DNA of 51,106 bases from an uncultured Alphaproteobacteria bacterium (GTDB lineage Bacteria; Pseudomonadota; Alphaproteobacteria; JAAXGF01). Positions 8,578 through 18,120 of the stretch are shown here, piece after piece. Numbering within the stretch: the first letter of the stretch is position 1; each line of letters starts with the position of its first letter. A program made the translations under genes and the position numbers. The stretch is taken from the NCBI GenBank assembly GCA_964475385.1, contig CAYYWV010000003.1, forward strand, positions 1-51,106, read 5' to 3'. The notes beneath the pieces are model-generated. The model was not told where the DNA came from and made no database searches. It saw nothing but the letters and a program-made list of their open reading frames with translations.

Positions 8578-9392
8578 GCAGCGTTGCGCTCGGCCGGCGG
8601 CGGTTCGGAGGGCTTACGGTCTACGCCGTGCTCTACCTCGTGTTCATCTATGTGCCGGTCTTGTTTCTGCCCTTGTTCTCATTCAACGATTCGATCTACG
8701 TCGCCTTTCCGCTCAAGGGCTTCACCTTCGCCTGGTACGAGAAAATGGCGAACAGCCCGGGGCTGATCAGCGCGCTCGTCAACTCGATCAAGGTGGGGGC
8801 GACGGTGGCGGTGGTCAGCACCATCTTCGGCACCCTCGCCGCCAAGGCGGTGACCCGCTACCGCCTGCCCGGGCGCGGGCCGACGGTGGGCTTCATCATG
8901 CTGCCGCTGGTGATTCCCGGAATCATCATGGGGATCGCGCTTTTGGTGCTCGCCAACTTCGTCGGGATCAAGCTGTCGCTGTTCACCATCGGGCTCGGGC
9001 ATATGCTGGAGACGATCCCGTTTTCGATGCTGGTGATGATCTCCAGGCTCGAGGGCTTCGACAAGAACCTAGAAGAAGCCTCGCTCGACCTCGGCGAAAG
9101 CGCCTGGACGACGTTTTGGCGGGTGACCTTTCCGCTCGCTATTCCGGGGCTGATCGCGAGCCTTCTTCTGACGTTCACGATCTCGTTCGACGAGTTCATC
9201 CTCGCCTTTTTCCTGGCCGGGACCGACGTGACCCTGCCGATTTACATCTGGAGCCAGCTCCGCTTCCCGGCCAAGCTGCCGAGCGTGCTGGCGCTTGGGG
9301 CCTCTATTCTCGCTGCGTCCTTCGTCATCGTCACCTTCGCCGAGTGGGTCCGCCGCCGCGGGGTCCAGATCAAGACGGCGTCGGGCGTGTAA
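8574..9392 (+). CDS. potC: Polyamine ABC permease, PotC/PotI family
   Basis: FSFNDS, EEASLDLG, FTISFDEF and TLPIYIWS; ATGA overlap with the upstream gene. Confidence 0.88.
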   Translation: MSSVALGRRRFGGLTVYAVLYLVFIYVPVLFLPLFSFNDSIYVAFPLKGFTFAWYEKMANSPGLISALVNSIKVGATVAVVSTIFGTLAAKAVTRYRLPGRGPTVGFIMLPLVIPGIIMGIALLVLANFVGIKLSLFTIGLGHMLETIPFSMLVMISRLEGFDKNLEEASLDLGESAWTTFWRVTFPLAIPGLIASLLLTFTISFDEFILAFFLAGTDVTLPIYIWSQLRFPAKLPSVLALGASILAASFVIVTFAEWVRRRGVQIKTASGV

Positions 9393-9414
9393 CGGTTCGG
9401 AGAACGGTTTATTC

Positions 9415-10518
9415 ATGGCCGAGAGCAACAGCATCATCTCGATCCGCAACGTCTCGAAGCGCTTCGGCGAGGTCCGGGCGGTCAACGCGGTCAACCTCGA
9501 GATCCGCCGGGGCGAGTTCTTCTCGCTTTTGGGGCCGTCGGGCTGCGGCAAGACGACGCTTTTGCGGATGCTGGCGGGGTTCGAGGCGCCGACCGAGGGC
9601 GAGATCTTCATCGACGGCCAACCCATGTCGACGGTGCCGCCCAACCACCGCCCGGTCAACATGGTGTTCCAGAACTACGCGATCTTCCCGCATCTCGACG
9701 TGCGCGCGAACATCGCCTACGGGATGCGCAAGTCGGGGCTGTCGAAGGCGGAGCTCAACGCCCGCGTCGACGAGATGCTCGAGATGATCAAGCTGCCGGG
9801 CTACGGCGGACGCGGCGCGAACGAGCTTTCGGGCGGCGAGCGCCAGCGGGTCGCGCTCGCCCGGGCGCTGATCAAGAAGCCCAAGGTTCTGCTGCTCGAC
9901 GAGCCTTTGGGCGCGCTCGACAAGAAGCTGCGCGAGCAGATGCAGCTCGAGTTGCGCGCGCTCCAGAAGTCGGTGGGGATCACCTTCGTGTTCGTGACCC
10001 ACGACCAGGAAGAGGCGCTCACCATGTCGGACCGGATTGCGGTCATGTCGGGGGGGCGGGTGCTTCAGGTCGAATCGCCGGTCCGCCTTTACGAGACCCC
10101 CAACTGCCGGTTCGTCGCCGACTTCATCGGCACCATGAACTTCTTCGAGGGCGCGTTGCGCGGCGTCGAGGACGGCGTCGCCGTGGTCGACGCCGGCCCG
10201 CTCGGCGAGATCCGGGCGCGGCCCGAGACCGAGCTTCCGCCGCCCGGCGATATCATCGTCGCCATCCGGCCCGAGAAGTTCCGGATCGATTTCGCCCCTC
10301 CCGCCGAGCGCGGGGTCAACGCGGTCGAAGGCCGCCTCGGGCCGGCGGCCTATCTCGGCGACCGGAGCCACCTTTACGTCAACATCCCCGGCCGCGAGCA
10401 GCCGGTGGCGGTGGCGACCCAAAACATGGAGCGCATGGAAACCCTCGACTTCGCGGCCGAGCGTCCGGTCTGGCTGAGCTGGTCGGCCGAAGCGGTCGTC
10501 ATCCTGCCCCGCGAGTAG
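9415..10518 (+). CDS. potA: Polyamine ABC ATPase, PotA family
   Basis: Walker A GPSGCGKT, LSGGERQR, LLLDEP, VTHDQEEA and a C-terminal TOBE-like region. Confidence 0.92.
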   Translation: MAESNSIISIRNVSKRFGEVRAVNAVNLEIRRGEFFSLLGPSGCGKTTLLRMLAGFEAPTEGEIFIDGQPMSTVPPNHRPVNMVFQNYAIFPHLDVRANIAYGMRKSGLSKAELNARVDEMLEMIKLPGYGGRGANELSGGERQRVALARALIKKPKVLLLDEPLGALDKKLREQMQLELRALQKSVGITFVFVTHDQEEALTMSDRIAVMSGGRVLQVESPVRLYETPNCRFVADFIGTMNFFEGALRGVEDGVAVVDAGPLGEIRARPETELPPPGDIIVAIRPEKFRIDFAPPAERGVNAVEGRLGPAAYLGDRSHLYVNIPGREQPVAVATQNMERMETLDFAAERPVWLSWSAEAVVILPRE

Positions 10519-10577
10519 GGGCGCGCAGCCGTGCGTCCGCGCCGCGCCGATTCATTTCGCCGCGCATCGCGGGCGCC

Positions 10578-11870
10578 GTGAGCGCCGGCTACATCGATTG
10601 TTACTACGCGCGCACGGCGACCCCACAGGCGCCGCGGCCCGCGCTTTCCGGCGCGCTTGAGGCCGACGTCTGCGTGGTCGGCGGCGGGCTCGCCGGGCTA
10701 TCGGTCGCGCTGGAGCTCGCCGAACGGGGGCATTCGGTCGCGTTGGTCGAGGCGCGCCGCGTCGGCTGGGGCGCGTCGGGGCGCAACGGGGGCTTCGTCT
10801 CGCCCGGGTTTTCGCTTCCCGCCGAGCGGTTGATCGCCCGACTGGGGCTGGGTCGCGCCCGCGCGCTCTATGCGCTCAGCCGCGAGGCGGTGGCGCTCAT
10901 GCGCCGGCGCATCCAGGAGTACGCGATTCCCTGCGGCCCGATCGTCGACGGCATCCTCGAGGCCTCGTGGTTCGACGACGCCGACGGCCTCAAGCGCGAG
11001 CGCGACAGAATGGCCGAGGCCTTCGGGATCGAGCAAGAGTTCTGGCCCCGCGAACGGTTGCGCGCCGCGCTGGTGAGCGACCGTTACTACGACGGTCTTC
11101 TCAACCCCGAGGGCTTCCAGTTCCACCCCTTGAACTACTGCCTCGGCATCGCCGCCGCGGCCGAGCGCGCGGGCGCGCGTCTGTTCGAATCCTCGCCCGC
11201 GCGCGCGCTCGACCTCGACGGCCCGGTCAAGACCGTGACCACCGAAGGCGGGCGCGTGCGCGCCGGTCAGGTCGTGATCGCCTGCGGCGGCTATATCGAG
11301 CGGCTCGAGCCCCGGCTCGCTTCGGCGATTGTTCCGATTGCGACCTATGTCGTCGCGACCGAACCCCTGGGCGAGCGCCTCGAGACCGCGATCCGCGCGC
11401 CGTTCGCGGTTCACGACAACCGCTTCGCGCTCGATTACTACCGCGCGCTTGAGGATACGCGCATCCTCTGGGGCGGGCGGATCAGCATTCGCCGCTCCCC
11501 ACCCGATCTCGCAACCCTTATGCTCGGCGACCTCGTCAAGGTCTATCCACAGCTCCGCGGCGTCCGCGCCGAGACCGCGTGGAGCGGCCTGATGAGCTAC
11601 GCCGTCCACAAGATGCCTCAGATCGGCGCGCTCAGGCCCGGCGTCTGGTATGCGATGGGCTTCGGCGGCCACGGCATGAACACGACGACGATGGCGGGAA
11701 CGCTTATCGCCGCCGCGATCGCCGAGGGCGACGACCGCTACCGCCTGTTCGCGCCCTTCGGGTTGACGCCTGCGGGCGGACCCTTCGGCGCCCTTGCGGC
11801 GCAGGCGAGCTATTGGTACTACGAGGCTCTTGATTCCTTGCGGGCGCGCCGCGGTCGGCAAGCGCCGTAG
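10578..11870 (+). CDS. FAD-dependent oxidoreductase, PuuB/OrdL-like
   Basis: VVGGGLAG, GWGASGRNGG, HPLNY, DYYR and GFGGHG; GTG start. Confidence 0.85.
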   Translation: MSAGYIDCYYARTATPQAPRPALSGALEADVCVVGGGLAGLSVALELAERGHSVALVEARRVGWGASGRNGGFVSPGFSLPAERLIARLGLGRARALYALSREAVALMRRRIQEYAIPCGPIVDGILEASWFDDADGLKRERDRMAEAFGIEQEFWPRERLRAALVSDRYYDGLLNPEGFQFHPLNYCLGIAAAAERAGARLFESSPARALDLDGPVKTVTTEGGRVRAGQVVIACGGYIERLEPRLASAIVPIATYVVATEPLGERLETAIRAPFAVHDNRFALDYYRALEDTRILWGGRISIRRSPPDLATLMLGDLVKVYPQLRGVRAETAWSGLMSYAVHKMPQIGALRPGVWYAMGFGGHGMNTTTMAGTLIAAAIAEGDDRYRLFAPFGLTPAGGPFGALAAQASYWYYEALDSLRARRGRQAP

Positions 11871-11904
11871 GGGTTCTCCTACGTCTAGTTTTTCGTGAGG
11901 CTCC

Positions 11905-13131
11905 ATGAACGCAAACGTCCGCCGTCCTGCGCGCCCGGCCGAGACCGTCTCGGGACTTCCGTACTCGCGGCTCGTCACCTGGATCGAAGGCAAAGGCTCG
12001 CGGGCTTGGGACGTTCATATCCGCGCCCGCGAGCTCCAGGAGCAGGGCCGCGACGTCATCCTGCTCAGCGTCGGCGATCCCGACTTCGACACCCCGCCCG
12101 CCATCGTCGATGCGGCGATCGAAGGGCTTCGGGCCGGCCACACCCATTACACCTCGATGGAGGGAATCCCGCCGCTGCGCAAGGCCATCGCGCGCCGTCA
12201 CGAGAAACTCACCGGCCATCGGGCGGACCCGGACCAGGTGGTCGTGCTGCCGGGCGCGCAGTGCGCCTTGTTCTCGACCATGATGTGCCTCGCCCAGCCC
12301 GGCGACGAGGTGATCGTGCCCGAGCCCATGTACGTCACCTACGAAGCGGTGATCGGGGCGACCGGCGCGCGTCTGGTCGAGGTTCCCTTGCGTGCGGAGC
12401 GCGGCTTTCATATCGACCCGGCCGACCTCGCGGCGGCGGTGACGCCGCGCACCCGCGTGGTCCTGATCAACTTCCCGCACAATCCGACCGGGGCCGGCAT
12501 CACGGCGGACGAGCTCGAAGGCGTCGCTCAGGTCTGCCGCGAGAACGACCTGTGGCTGGTGTCCGACGAGGTCTATGCGACGCTCACTTATGGGGTCGCG
12601 CACCGGTCGCCGGTCGCGCTTCCCGGCATGGCCGAGCGCACCGTGGTCGTCGACAGCCTGTCGAAGTCGCACGCCATGACCGGCTGGCGGCTCGGCTGGG
12701 CGATCGCGCCCGGCGCGCTTCCGCGTCACCTCGCCAACCTCGCGCTCTGCATGCTCTACGGCTGTCCGCCGTTCATTCAGGATGCGGCGGTGGTCGCGCT
12801 CGAGCGCGAGTTCGAGGAGATCGACGCCATGCGGGCCGAGTTCCGCGCCCGCCGCGATCGCGTGGTCGCGCTGATCGAGGATATGCCGCTGGCGCGTTGC
12901 ACGCCGCCCGAGGGCTCGATGTTCCTGATGATCGACATTCGCGAGACCGGGCTCGGCGGCGAGGAGTTCGCCTTCCGGCTGGTCGAAAGCGAAGGCGTGT
13001 CCTTGCTTCCTTGCGACGGCTTCGGCCCCAGCGCGGCCGGGCATCTCAGGATGTCGCTGTCGGCCCCGATGGCGGTCCTCGAAGAGGCCTGCCGCCGCTT
13101 GGAGCGCTTTATCCGCGGCCTCAATCGGTAA
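11905..13131 (+). CDS. PLP-dependent class I aminotransferase (AruH/arginine-pyruvate transaminase-like)
   Basis: LSVGDPDFDTP, PGAQCALF, NFPHNPTG, SDEVY and SLSKSHAMTGWRLG. Confidence 0.85.
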   Translation: MNANVRRPARPAETVSGLPYSRLVTWIEGKGSRAWDVHIRARELQEQGRDVILLSVGDPDFDTPPAIVDAAIEGLRAGHTHYTSMEGIPPLRKAIARRHEKLTGHRADPDQVVVLPGAQCALFSTMMCLAQPGDEVIVPEPMYVTYEAVIGATGARLVEVPLRAERGFHIDPADLAAAVTPRTRVVLINFPHNPTGAGITADELEGVAQVCRENDLWLVSDEVYATLTYGVAHRSPVALPGMAERTVVVDSLSKSHAMTGWRLGWAIAPGALPRHLANLALCMLYGCPPFIQDAAVVALEREFEEIDAMRAEFRARRDRVVALIEDMPLARCTPPEGSMFLMIDIRETGLGGEEFAFRLVESEGVSLLPCDGFGPSAAGHLRMSLSAPMAVLEEACRRLERFIRGLNR

Positions 13132-13205
13132 CAGCCCGGGGCGGACCGGCGGGCTCGCCGCCGATCCTTGACGCCACGGACCGAAAATCGGGGTAACATT
13201 CGTCC

Positions 13206-13568
13206 ATGCCCGAATCGGAGTACCAAGCCTACTACGCGGTCGTGCGAAAGATTCCGCCGGGGCGCGTCATGACCTATGGCGACGTGGCGCGGGCGGCCGC
13301 CCGCCCCGGCTGCGCGCGCCGGGTCGGCTATGCGCTCGCCGCGCTTCGCGGCTCCGATGCGCCTTGGTGGCGGGTGGTCAACGCCCGGGGCGGGATCAGC
13401 CCGCGCGCGGGCGAAGCCGGGCCGAGCCTGCGCCAACGCCGCCTTCTGGAGGCCGAAGGCGTGGTCTTCGACGCCGCCGGTCGGATCGACCTTGCGCGCT
13501 ATCGCCACCGGCCGCAGGAAGGCGCGGCGCGGCCCCGATTGCCGTTCGAGGAGCTCTTCAATGTCTGA
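13206..13568 (+). CDS. Alkyltransferase-like protein (ATL/YbaZ, MGMT family)
   Basis: IPPGRVMTYGDVA, ARRVG and PWWRVVN (Trp in place of the catalytic Cys), QRRLLEAEGV. Confidence 0.9.
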   Translation: MPESEYQAYYAVVRKIPPGRVMTYGDVARAAARPGCARRVGYALAALRGSDAPWWRVVNARGGISPRAGEAGPSLRQRRLLEAEGVVFDAAGRIDLARYRHRPQEGAARPRLPFEELFNV

Positions 13569-13585
13569 AGTTTGGCGCCGTCAAC

Positions 13586-14296
13586 ATGAAACGCTCTGAG
13601 ACCAAGGTTGCGATCGTCACCGCCGCCGGCCGCGGCATCGGCGCGGGATGCGCCCGCGCGCTCGCCCGCCGCGGCTATGCGCTCGTCCTGATGTCGTCGT
13701 CGGGCGGCGCCGAGGCGCTCGCCCGCGAGCTCGACGCGATCGCAGTGACCGGATCGGTCGCGCGCAAGAACGACCTCGAAGAGCTGGTCTCCGCCGCGCT
13801 CGAGGCCTACGGGCGGATCGACGCGGTGATCAACAACACGGGCCACCCCGCCAAGGGGCCGCTTCTCGAGATCAGCGACGAGGCTTGGCACGAAGCGCTC
13901 GACCTTCTGGTGCTCAACGTGGTGCGCATGGCCCGGCTGGTCACGCCGGTCATGGCGGAGGGCGGCGGCGGCGCAATCGTCAACATCTCGTCCGTGGGCG
14001 CGATCGAGCCGAGCCCCCGGTTCCCGCTCTCGTCGTCGCTGCGCGCGGCGCTCGCCGGGTTCGCTAAGCTCTACGCCGACGCGCACGCCGCCGACAACAT
14101 TCGCATGAACAACCTGTTGCCGGGCTTCGTCGACAACTACCCCGCAGACGCCGAGACGCTCGCCGCCATTCCGGCCGGGCGTTACGCGCGCATGGACGAG
14201 ATCGGCGAGACGGCGGCCTTCCTGGTCTCGGACGCGGCCGCCTATATCACGGGGCAGAACATTCGGGTCGACGGCGGGCTCGCGCGGTCGATCTGA
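13586..14296 (+). CDS. SDR oxidoreductase (atypical subgroup)
   Basis: TAAGRGIG, NNTG, NISS and YITGQNIRVDGG; SxxxR (SSSLR) in place of YxxxK. Confidence 0.88.
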   Translation: MKRSETKVAIVTAAGRGIGAGCARALARRGYALVLMSSSGGAEALARELDAIAVTGSVARKNDLEELVSAALEAYGRIDAVINNTGHPAKGPLLEISDEAWHEALDLLVLNVVRMARLVTPVMAEGGGGAIVNISSVGAIEPSPRFPLSSSLRAALAGFAKLYADAHAADNIRMNNLLPGFVDNYPADAETLAAIPAGRYARMDEIGETAAFLVSDAAAYITGQNIRVDGGLARSI

Positions 14297-14302
14297 TCGC
14301 AT

Positions 14303-14359
14303 TTCGCCTTTGAACGACCTATGCGACCGAGGCCCGAGTCTCCTTATAGGCGAACGGGC
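14303..14359. repeat. Dispersed ~57-bp repeat, copy 1
   Basis: ttcgcctttgaacgacctatgcgaccgaggcccgagtctccttataggcgaacgggc; near-identical to 50742-50799 and partly to 51044-51073. Confidence 0.85.
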
Positions 14360-14387
14360 AGGGCATGAGTCGTCCCCGCGCCCGGAC

Positions 14388-14417
14388 GAACAAAGCGGGG
14401 GCCGTTAAGGCCCCCGC
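14388..14417 (-). terminator. Rho-independent terminator of the peptide SBP gene
   Basis: gcgggggcc-N5-ggcccccgc stem, followed by TTTGTT on the minus strand. Confidence 0.7.
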
Positions 14418-14440
14418 ATTCGCCTCGCGTTCAGGCGCGA

Positions 14441-16102
14441 TCAGCTTTCGATCGCAAGCTCGTTGGCGAAGATGTAAGACGTCGGGTGCATCTTGAAGCC
14501 CTTCACGCGCTTGTCGTAGCCGGTGAAGACCGAGCGCCACAGCGGCTGCACGATCGGGCCGTCCTCTTGCATAATGGTCTCGAGCTGGCACATGACCTCG
14601 CGCCGCTTGTCGACGTCCAAAATGCCTTCCGCCTTGGTCAGCAGACGGTCGAACTCGGGGTTCGAGTAGCTCGATTCGTTCCACGGCACGCCGGTCCGGT
14701 AGGCGAGGCCGAGAACCATGACGCCGAGCGGGCGGTGGGTCCAGCTCGTGAACCCGAAGGGCACCTTGTCCCAGGTCTCCCAGTACTGGGCCGAGGGCTT
14801 GACGCTGATCTTGGCGTTCACGCCCACGTCCTTCCACTGCTCGACCAGGGCCTGGACCGCAAGGAGCTCCCAGGGCGGATCTTTCTTGCAGACGATCTCG
14901 GTCTCGAACCCGTTGGGATAGCCGGCCTCGGCGAGCAGCTTCTTGGCCTTGGCGATATCGCGATCCATGAAGGGGAGCTTGCAGTACTCGGGATGGATCG
15001 GGGCGACGTGGTGGTGTTCGCCCGGCAGGCCGAGGTTGCGGTAGGCGAGCTCGAGCACCTTGCGCGAATCGGTCGCATACCGCATGGCCTTGCGCACCCG
15101 CGGATCGGCGAAGGGGCCCTGCGGCTTCATCCGGGCGACGCCGGTCTGGGCGGTCGCCACCTCGTAGATCTTGACGTGGGGCAGCTTCTTAAGAGTATCG
15201 ATCTGGGTGATCCCCGCTTCGTAAAGGCCGTGGACCTGCTTCGAGGCGATCGCCGCGAGGTTGGCCGAGGGGTCGTCGCCGAGGTCGATGAACTCGACCG
15301 TGTCGACGAACGGGCCGATCTTGCCCCAGTAGGGCCGGCGCGCCTTGACCACCGCCTTCTTGCCGACCTCGAGCTCGACCAGCTCGAACGCGCCGGTCCC
15401 GTTGGACCCGACATCGAAGAGGCCGTTCTCCTCGGGGTCGATCATCAGGAACGGGTAGTGGAACAGGTGCTCGGGCACGGCGAGCTGCGGGTTTTTGGCG
15501 TTCAGCCGGACGGTGTGCGAATCGACCTTCTCGATCGCGTTGGCGTCCCACAGCTCGGTCGTCTTCTTGCCGTCCTTTTCGACCTCGTTGAGCATGTAGC
15601 CCTTCATCAGGCCGACCACCGACGACCCGGTCTCCGGGTCGAGGACGTGTTTGATGTTCCAGATCACGTCATCGGCGGTGAAGTCGCGGCCGTTATGCCA
15701 CTTGATGCCTTTGCGGATGTAGAGGGTCCAGGTTCTGAGATCGTCGCTCGCTTCCCAACGTTCGAGCAGATAGGGCCGGGTCACGTTGTCCTGGCCCGTC
15801 TTGGTCAGATACTCGCAGACCTGGCGGGTGATGTTGCTGTCGAACACCCAGCTATAGGTATGCGGGGTCTTGAGCTCCTTAACGCGCATGCCGATCCGGA
15901 GCGTGCCTCCCATGGGCATGGCGGCGGCCCGCGCCGGCGCAACGAAGCTTTCGCCCGTCACTTTGCCGACGAAGGCGTACGCGGCGCCCGCCGACATTCC
16001 GAGAAGGGTGGCCGTGCGCAGGAACTCGCGCCGGTCGATCTTGCCCTCCGCGAGTTGCCGCTTGAGCGTCGGAATATAGGAATGTTCTTTGATCTCGGTC
16101 AT
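14441..16102 (-). CDS. ABC substrate-binding protein family 5 (DppA/OppA-like), Tat-exported
   Basis: IDRREFLR Tat motif; PYLLERWEASDD, WHNGRDFTADDV, GTGAF and FADPRVRKA. Confidence 0.92.
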   Translation of the reverse strand: MTEIKEHSYIPTLKRQLAEGKIDRREFLRTATLLGMSAGAAYAFVGKVTGESFVAPARAAAMPMGGTLRIGMRVKELKTPHTYSWVFDSNITRQVCEYLTKTGQDNVTRPYLLERWEASDDLRTWTLYIRKGIKWHNGRDFTADDVIWNIKHVLDPETGSSVVGLMKGYMLNEVEKDGKKTTELWDANAIEKVDSHTVRLNAKNPQLAVPEHLFHYPFLMIDPEENGLFDVGSNGTGAFELVELEVGKKAVVKARRPYWGKIGPFVDTVEFIDLGDDPSANLAAIASKQVHGLYEAGITQIDTLKKLPHVKIYEVATAQTGVARMKPQGPFADPRVRKAMRYATDSRKVLELAYRNLGLPGEHHHVAPIHPEYCKLPFMDRDIAKAKKLLAEAGYPNGFETEIVCKKDPPWELLAVQALVEQWKDVGVNAKISVKPSAQYWETWDKVPFGFTSWTHRPLGVMVLGLAYRTGVPWNESSYSNPEFDRLLTKAEGILDVDKRREVMCQLETIMQEDGPIVQPLWRSVFTGYDKRVKGFKMHPTSYIFANELAIES

Positions 16103-16188
16103 GAGGTGTCACCTCCCTTGAAGTCGCGCCCCGCCGTCGGGCTTCTGTTCGTTGTTGGAGGGCGGCGGGCCCGGTCGTCTACCGCTCC

Positions 16189-16217
16189 ATGATTTTCTTC
16201 CCGGGCCGTGCTGTCAA
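16189..16217 (-). promoter_or_regulatory. Possible sigma70 promoter of the peptide SBP gene
   Basis: TTGACA-N17-AATCAT on the minus strand. Confidence 0.4.
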
Positions 16218-16392
16218 TCACGCTCCCGCCCTTTTTCGACAGATTCTGTCGCATTCAGAAAATTCCGAGCGATCATGACCGTTCGCGGACGACCCCGGCC
16301 TGCGGTCAAGGCCAGGAAAGGGGCGGCGCTGGTTCGCGCCGCCCCAGTCCATCGGGGACGAAAACGCCGGAGATTCCAGCCGGCTTCCCCTC

Positions 16393-17892
16393 TTAGCCTT
16401 TGCTGATCTCGACCGCGACGAAACGCTGGTCGCCGCCCCGGTCGAGGAGCAGCAGCACCGATTTGCGCCCGGCCTTGGCCGCCTTCTTGACCTTGGCGAG
16501 AACCTCCTTCGGAGTCCGGACCGGCTCGAGGCCGACCTCGACGATCACGTCGCCGGGCCGCACACCGCGTTCGGCGGCATTGCCGTCCGGGTCGACCTCG
16601 GTCACGACCACCCCTTTGGCGTCTTCGGAAAGCCCGAACTGGTCGCGTACGTCGGGGGTGATCGTCGACAGCGACAGGCCAAGCGAGCCGAGCTCGGCCG
16701 TGCCTGGTTTCTCAGGCGTTGTGGAGGCGACCTCGCTCTCGCTCTCCTGAAGTTCGGCGATGGTGACCTTGAGCGTCTTGCGCTTGCCTTTGCGAAGGAC
16801 CACCACATCGACGATCTTGCCGATCTCGGTGTTGGCGACGATGCGCGGCAGCTCGCGCATGGCGCCGATCTCGCGGCCGTCGAACTCAAGGATCACGTCG
16901 CCGGTCTTGATCCCCGCCCTGGCGGCCGGGCTGTCGGGGGTGACGTCGGCGACCAGAGCGCCGCGCGCCTTGTCGAGGCCGAGGCCTTCGGCGATGTCGT
17001 CGCTTACCGCCTGGATGCGAACGCCGAGCCAGCCGCGCCGCGTGCGGCCGAACTCGCGGAGCTGCTTGATGACCGGTTTGGCGAGCGAGGAGGGAACCGC
17101 GAAACCGATGCCGACGCTGCCGCCCGAGGGCGAGAAGATCGCCGTGTTGATGCCGATCACCTCGCCATCCATATTGAACAAGGGGCCGCCCGAGTTGCCG
17201 CGGTTGATCGGCGCGTCGGTCTGGAGGAAGTCGTCATACGGCCCGGCGTTGATGTCGCGTCCGCGGGCCGAGAGAATCCCGGCCGTGACCGTATTGCCGA
17301 GCCCGAAAGGATTGCCGATGGCGAGCACCCAGTCGCCGACCCGGACCTTGTCCGAATCGCCGAACGAGACCGAAGGCAGCGGCTCTTTGCTGTCGATTTT
17401 GAGCAGCGCGAGATCGGTCTTCGGGTCGTGGCCGACGAGCTTGGCGTCGAACTCTCGGCTGTCGTTGAGGATGACCGTAATCTCGTCGGCGTCGGCGATG
17501 ACGTGGTTGTTGGTCACCACGTAGCCCGCCGGATCGATGATGAACCCGGAGCCGAGCGAGGTGACCCGTCGTTTGGTTTTGCGTTCCTTGCGACGCCGTT
17601 CAAGGAAGTCGCGAAACAGCTCCTCGAACGGCGAGCCCGGCGGGAACTGAGGCATCAGTTCGGGCACCTGGGCGGTGGTGATGTTCTGGGTCGTCGAGAT
17701 GTTGACGACGGCCGGCGTCAACCGGGCCGCGAGGTCGGCGAAGCCTTCCGGCGTGCCGCGCGCGGCGGCCGCGTGCGACAGCATGATCGCGGCGAGCCCG
17801 ACGAGAAGCCCGAAAAGCCGGGAGAGGCCGAGATCACGCCGGGCAAGGGTCGGCCGGTCGATGCCGGCGCGAACGGCGGGGCGAATCATCAC
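16393..17892 (-). CDS. degP: DegP/HtrA periplasmic serine protease with two PDZ domains
   Basis: GSGFII, TNNHVI, TDLAL, QTDAPINRGNSGGPL, RGWLGV and PDZ motifs; start is GTG 17892 or ATG 17889. Confidence 0.95.
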   Translation of the reverse strand: MMIRPAVRAGIDRPTLARRDLGLSRLFGLLVGLAAIMLSHAAAARGTPEGFADLAARLTPAVVNISTTQNITTAQVPELMPQFPPGSPFEELFRDFLERRRKERKTKRRVTSLGSGFIIDPAGYVVTNNHVIADADEITVILNDSREFDAKLVGHDPKTDLALLKIDSKEPLPSVSFGDSDKVRVGDWVLAIGNPFGLGNTVTAGILSARGRDINAGPYDDFLQTDAPINRGNSGGPLFNMDGEVIGINTAIFSPSGGSVGIGFAVPSSLAKPVIKQLREFGRTRRGWLGVRIQAVSDDIAEGLGLDKARGALVADVTPDSPAARAGIKTGDVILEFDGREIGAMRELPRIVANTEIGKIVDVVVLRKGKRKTLKVTIAELQESESEVASTTPEKPGTAELGSLGLSLSTITPDVRDQFGLSEDAKGVVVTEVDPDGNAAERGVRPGDVIVEVGLEPVRTPKEVLAKVKKAAKAGRKSVLLLLDRGGDQRFVAVEISKG

Positions 17893-18039
17893 TGCGCTTT
17901 CTCCTCTCGAATCCGTGGAAACGGTTGATGGTCAGGAACGATCGAGCGGATGGCACCATAGCACGGGCGCGTTCCAGACGCGCCGAACGACCGCAAAGAC
18001 CATACGCCCGGGCCTACAGTCCGCCGCGGGTCGGGTCGC

Positions 18040-18114
18040 ACCATATAGGACGCAAAGCTTGAACAAAAGCTGAGGCCGGTGTTCATTTGGCATTCACCCG
18101 CGGATTGATACGCT
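18040..18114. promoter_or_regulatory. Divergent promoters with OmpR/PhoP-type direct-repeat boxes
   Basis: Plus strand: TTCA-N7-TTCA (18082-18096), N12, TACGCT. Minus strand: CTCA-N7-TTCA (18074-18060), N12, TATATG. Confidence 0.5.
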
Positions 18115-18120
18115 AGGCAC

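Noticed and set aside
6284-9392. Visibly lower GC in the ABC transporter genes as a sign of horizontal transfer
   Set aside because: Lys/Ile/Phe-rich protein composition explains it; third codon positions stay G/C-rich and there are no mobility genes or boundary repeats.
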